A stretch of DNA of 60,432 bases, the filler included, from Basidioascus undulatus (lineage: Eukaryota), in NCBI GenBank assembly GCA_000826855.1. It is 4 parts of 4 records of this genome, joined end to end, with 100 filler letters (N's around TTAATTAATTAA, not from the genome) between each part and the next. Parts side by side here need not be neighbours in the genome. Positions count along the whole stretch, not along the records: positions 45,419 to 60,432 come from JTLS01000670.1; 3 more parts are not named here. One strand, 5' to 3'. The notes below the pieces were generated by a model. The model was given only the letters and a program-made list of their open reading frames with translations, made no database searches and was not told the origin of the DNA. Numbering within the stretch: position 1 is the first letter of the stretch; each line of letters starts with the position of its first letter. This document shows positions 57,906-60,432 of this stretch, piece after piece. The position numbers and the translations under genes are program-made.

Positions 57906-60432
57906 ATGGCCGCACACCTACAGTCCGGCCTCTTCTGTCGACGTGCTCGTCGGGCTCCGCACCCTCCGCTCTCCTCCGCCGCGCCTTTACCTCGACCCCT
58001 GCTGCCTCCAAGGCCCACAAAGGAAAGGCGCCCAAGCCGAAACGGAAAAAGCCTTCGACGTCCCCGCACTCCTTCCAGGGGCGGTATGCTGCCGTGCAGC
58101 AGGAGACGCGCGAGCTGGAGCGCAAAGTGAGGGTGGCGGATAAGCGATTGCAGACCGAGGTGCGTCTTTGCGTTGCTTTACAGTGTATGGGGTCTTGCTC
58201 ACAGAGGGAGCATCGGATTTCCAGGAGCTCACTCGGGATCTCCCCGCTCTCACCGCCGACGACATCTCCGAGCTGTACAAAGCGCTCATGGCGTCCCCGA
58301 CACCCACCCCATCCGCCTTCGCCCTCCCCTCGCCCTCCCCCTCTTCCGCCGGTGCCCTGCCCCCACCAGACGAGCAGCTCCTCGCTATCCGGCAAGCACT
58401 CCTCGACGAAGTCGCCGAAGCCTCCTCCGCTGAGCCGGAGGCGCAGCCCAGAGCGGGCGGTGGGCTGGCCGCGCGGCTGCGCAAGCTCATCGAAGAGCGC
58501 ACGGGCCGGAAGGAGGAGCAACGGGATTCGGAGGAGCAGCGGAGAAGGGCGGTAAACGCTATGTGGGAGGCGGAGAGCCGGGTAGTGAGGGAGGTTGAGG
58601 AGAGGCGGGAGAAGGGCGTGGTGTTTGACGAGGGCGAGCGGGAGACGCTGCTGAGGAGATGGGAGGAGGCCGTCGAGGCGGTGGAGCGCTCACGAGCGAC
58701 GAGCACGGCGGATCCCAAACTCTCATCACCATCTTCCGACCTGGCGTCCGACTTCGAGGCGCTCACTGCCGAGCTCAATCGTTCCTCGTCGCCGACAGCC
58801 CCCTCGACCTCGGCCTCTGCTCTCATTCCACTCGGCCTCGCGACCCCTCAAGAATGGCATACCCTTATTCTCTCTGCGGTGCGTACACGCATTCGGCCTC
58901 TCAAACTCACTTGCGCTCATCGAGTCTTTCTGTGCCGTCGCGTAGGCCCACGAGGCATCCTTACGCTCAGCCGTCCGCGGGCTACGCCTTCTGCAGCGCG
59001 CTGGCGACCCTCTGAATGTCTCTGAGACGTTCGAGGACGTCCTTGCCGTTCTCGCTAAGAAGGGTGAAGTCGGGCAAGTAGAAGCTGGGATTCGTGGCAT
59101 GCAAAGTCGTACGTCCCTGGCTCTTCTCGTCCGCCGTACCCTCGAACTTTCTGACCGTTTCATTTCATTACCACAGTCGGCCTCCAACCGAACGCCTCGA
59201 CCTACTCGCACCTTATCCACGCGCACCTGTCCAAATCCTCCCTCACGCCCGCGCGCTCCCTCCTGCACACGCTCGAGTCCCACCGCCTCTTCCCACCCCA
59301 ATCCACCTACACAGCCGTCATCTCCGCGCACCTCAACCCGGCGCTCCCGTTCGCGCTGCACCAGCGCGGCTGGGACCTCTTCGCGCACTCGCGGCTCGTC
59401 GCGCACCCGATCCCGTCTCCCGAGCTCTACGCGCACATGATCGCCTCGTGCGGGTACGGCCCGCGCCCGGAGCCCGAGCGCGCGCTCGACCTCTACCGGG
59501 AGATGACGCAGACGTATCACTTGCCGGCGGACGAGGGCGTCTACTCCGCGACGATCCGCGCGCTGGCGAAATCGCCTAAGTTCTACGGCGAGACGCAGCG
59601 CTTGCTGAACGAGATGCTCGACAAGGGGATCTTCCCGACGAAGCATACCTTCGCGGCTTTGCTGGAGGCGGCAAAGCGGAGAGGGGATGTGGCGCGTGCG
59701 AGGCATATCTTGGCGCAGTGGATCCGGGGCGCGGAGGAGATGGGCTGGGAGGACAAGGATCGCGTCGACGAGAGCGCGATGGCTAGGCTCTTCTTCACGT
59801 ACGCGGCGTTCAAGCCTGTCTTCAAGCGGAGCGATGTGCGGCGCTCGCCCGGCGCCGCGGCTTCTTCGACTTCTGTCCCCTCCGAATCCGACGCTGCTGC
59901 GGCAGAGTCCGAGGCGACCCTACCCGCTCTCGCATCCGATACCGATTCTGAACCTGCCGACGCTCTTCCCCTTTCGACAACCAAAGACGACTCCACCCCT
60001 CTCTCCTTCACCCCCCTCCCACCTCAAACGTCCGGCGAAGTCCTCGCCGAGGCACGCGCCCTGCTTTCCCGAGTCCTACACGACCGCCGCTTCTCCCTCT
60101 CCCCCTCCGACGAACTCTCAGACCCCGACGATCTCCGACCCTTCCGCGCCGTCTCGCCCACCGCACGGTTCCTCAACGCCTTCCTGGCCGTCCACGCCGC
60201 GCATTCCACCCCATCCGCAGTGCTCTCCCTCTACCGACAGATCTTCCTCGCCCTGCAGCTCGAGCCCAACGGACACACATACGTCCTCCTGCTCGAGATG
60301 CTCGCGAAGGCGCAGGGTGAGGAAGGCGACGCTGCGCGGGAGGTCTGGAAGGCGTGGGTGGAGTGGAAGCGGCGTGTGGAGGAGCAGGCGCGCGAGGAGC
60401 GCCGCTGGGAGGGGGAGGGGGAGGGGGTGCAG
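57906..60432 (+). CDS. Mitochondrial pentatricopeptide-repeat protein (CCM1-like), runs off the window
   Basis: Presequence-like LLRRAFTSTPAA. PPR-type repeats QSTYTAVISA, GWDLFAHSRLVAHPIPSPELYAHMIASC, PERALDLYREM, VYSATIRALA, PTKHTFAALLEAAKRRGD. ATG is out of frame with exon 1. Confidence 0.82.

Overview
Intron-rich, GC-rich fungal DNA, most likely basidiomycete (GT..AG introns with CTGAC/CTAAC branch sites, many microexons, intron-containing tRNAs). The window is not one locus. Four contigs of 15053, 15045, 15020 and 15014 bp, in decreasing size, are joined by identical 100-nt spacers (N44-TTAATTAATTAA-N44), so gene order across spacers means nothing. Recognisable content: tRNA-Ala(AGC), tRNA-Ile(AAT), an SDR, a signal-peptide-bearing family I pyrophosphatase, a TNA1/DAL5-type MFS permease, a divergent CMD/AhpD-like plus EthD-like gene pair, ATP synthase epsilon (with a highly structured intron), a gene carrying a stand-alone integrase H2C2 zinc domain, a peroxisomal acyl-CoA synthetase and a MATE transporter (both cut by contig ends), an FAD monooxygenase, a GRGGAGN-repeat protein, a KpsF/GutQ-type SIS isomerase and a CCM1-like PPR protein. 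Many accessory genes carry frameshifts or premature stops (four F-box genes, an MCT permease, an M24 peptidase, the pyrophosphatase, the monooxygenase). There are also transposon relics and an unexplained intronless, decayed coding segment beside the tRNA-Ala. All family calls come from motif recognition by eye, not from database searches.
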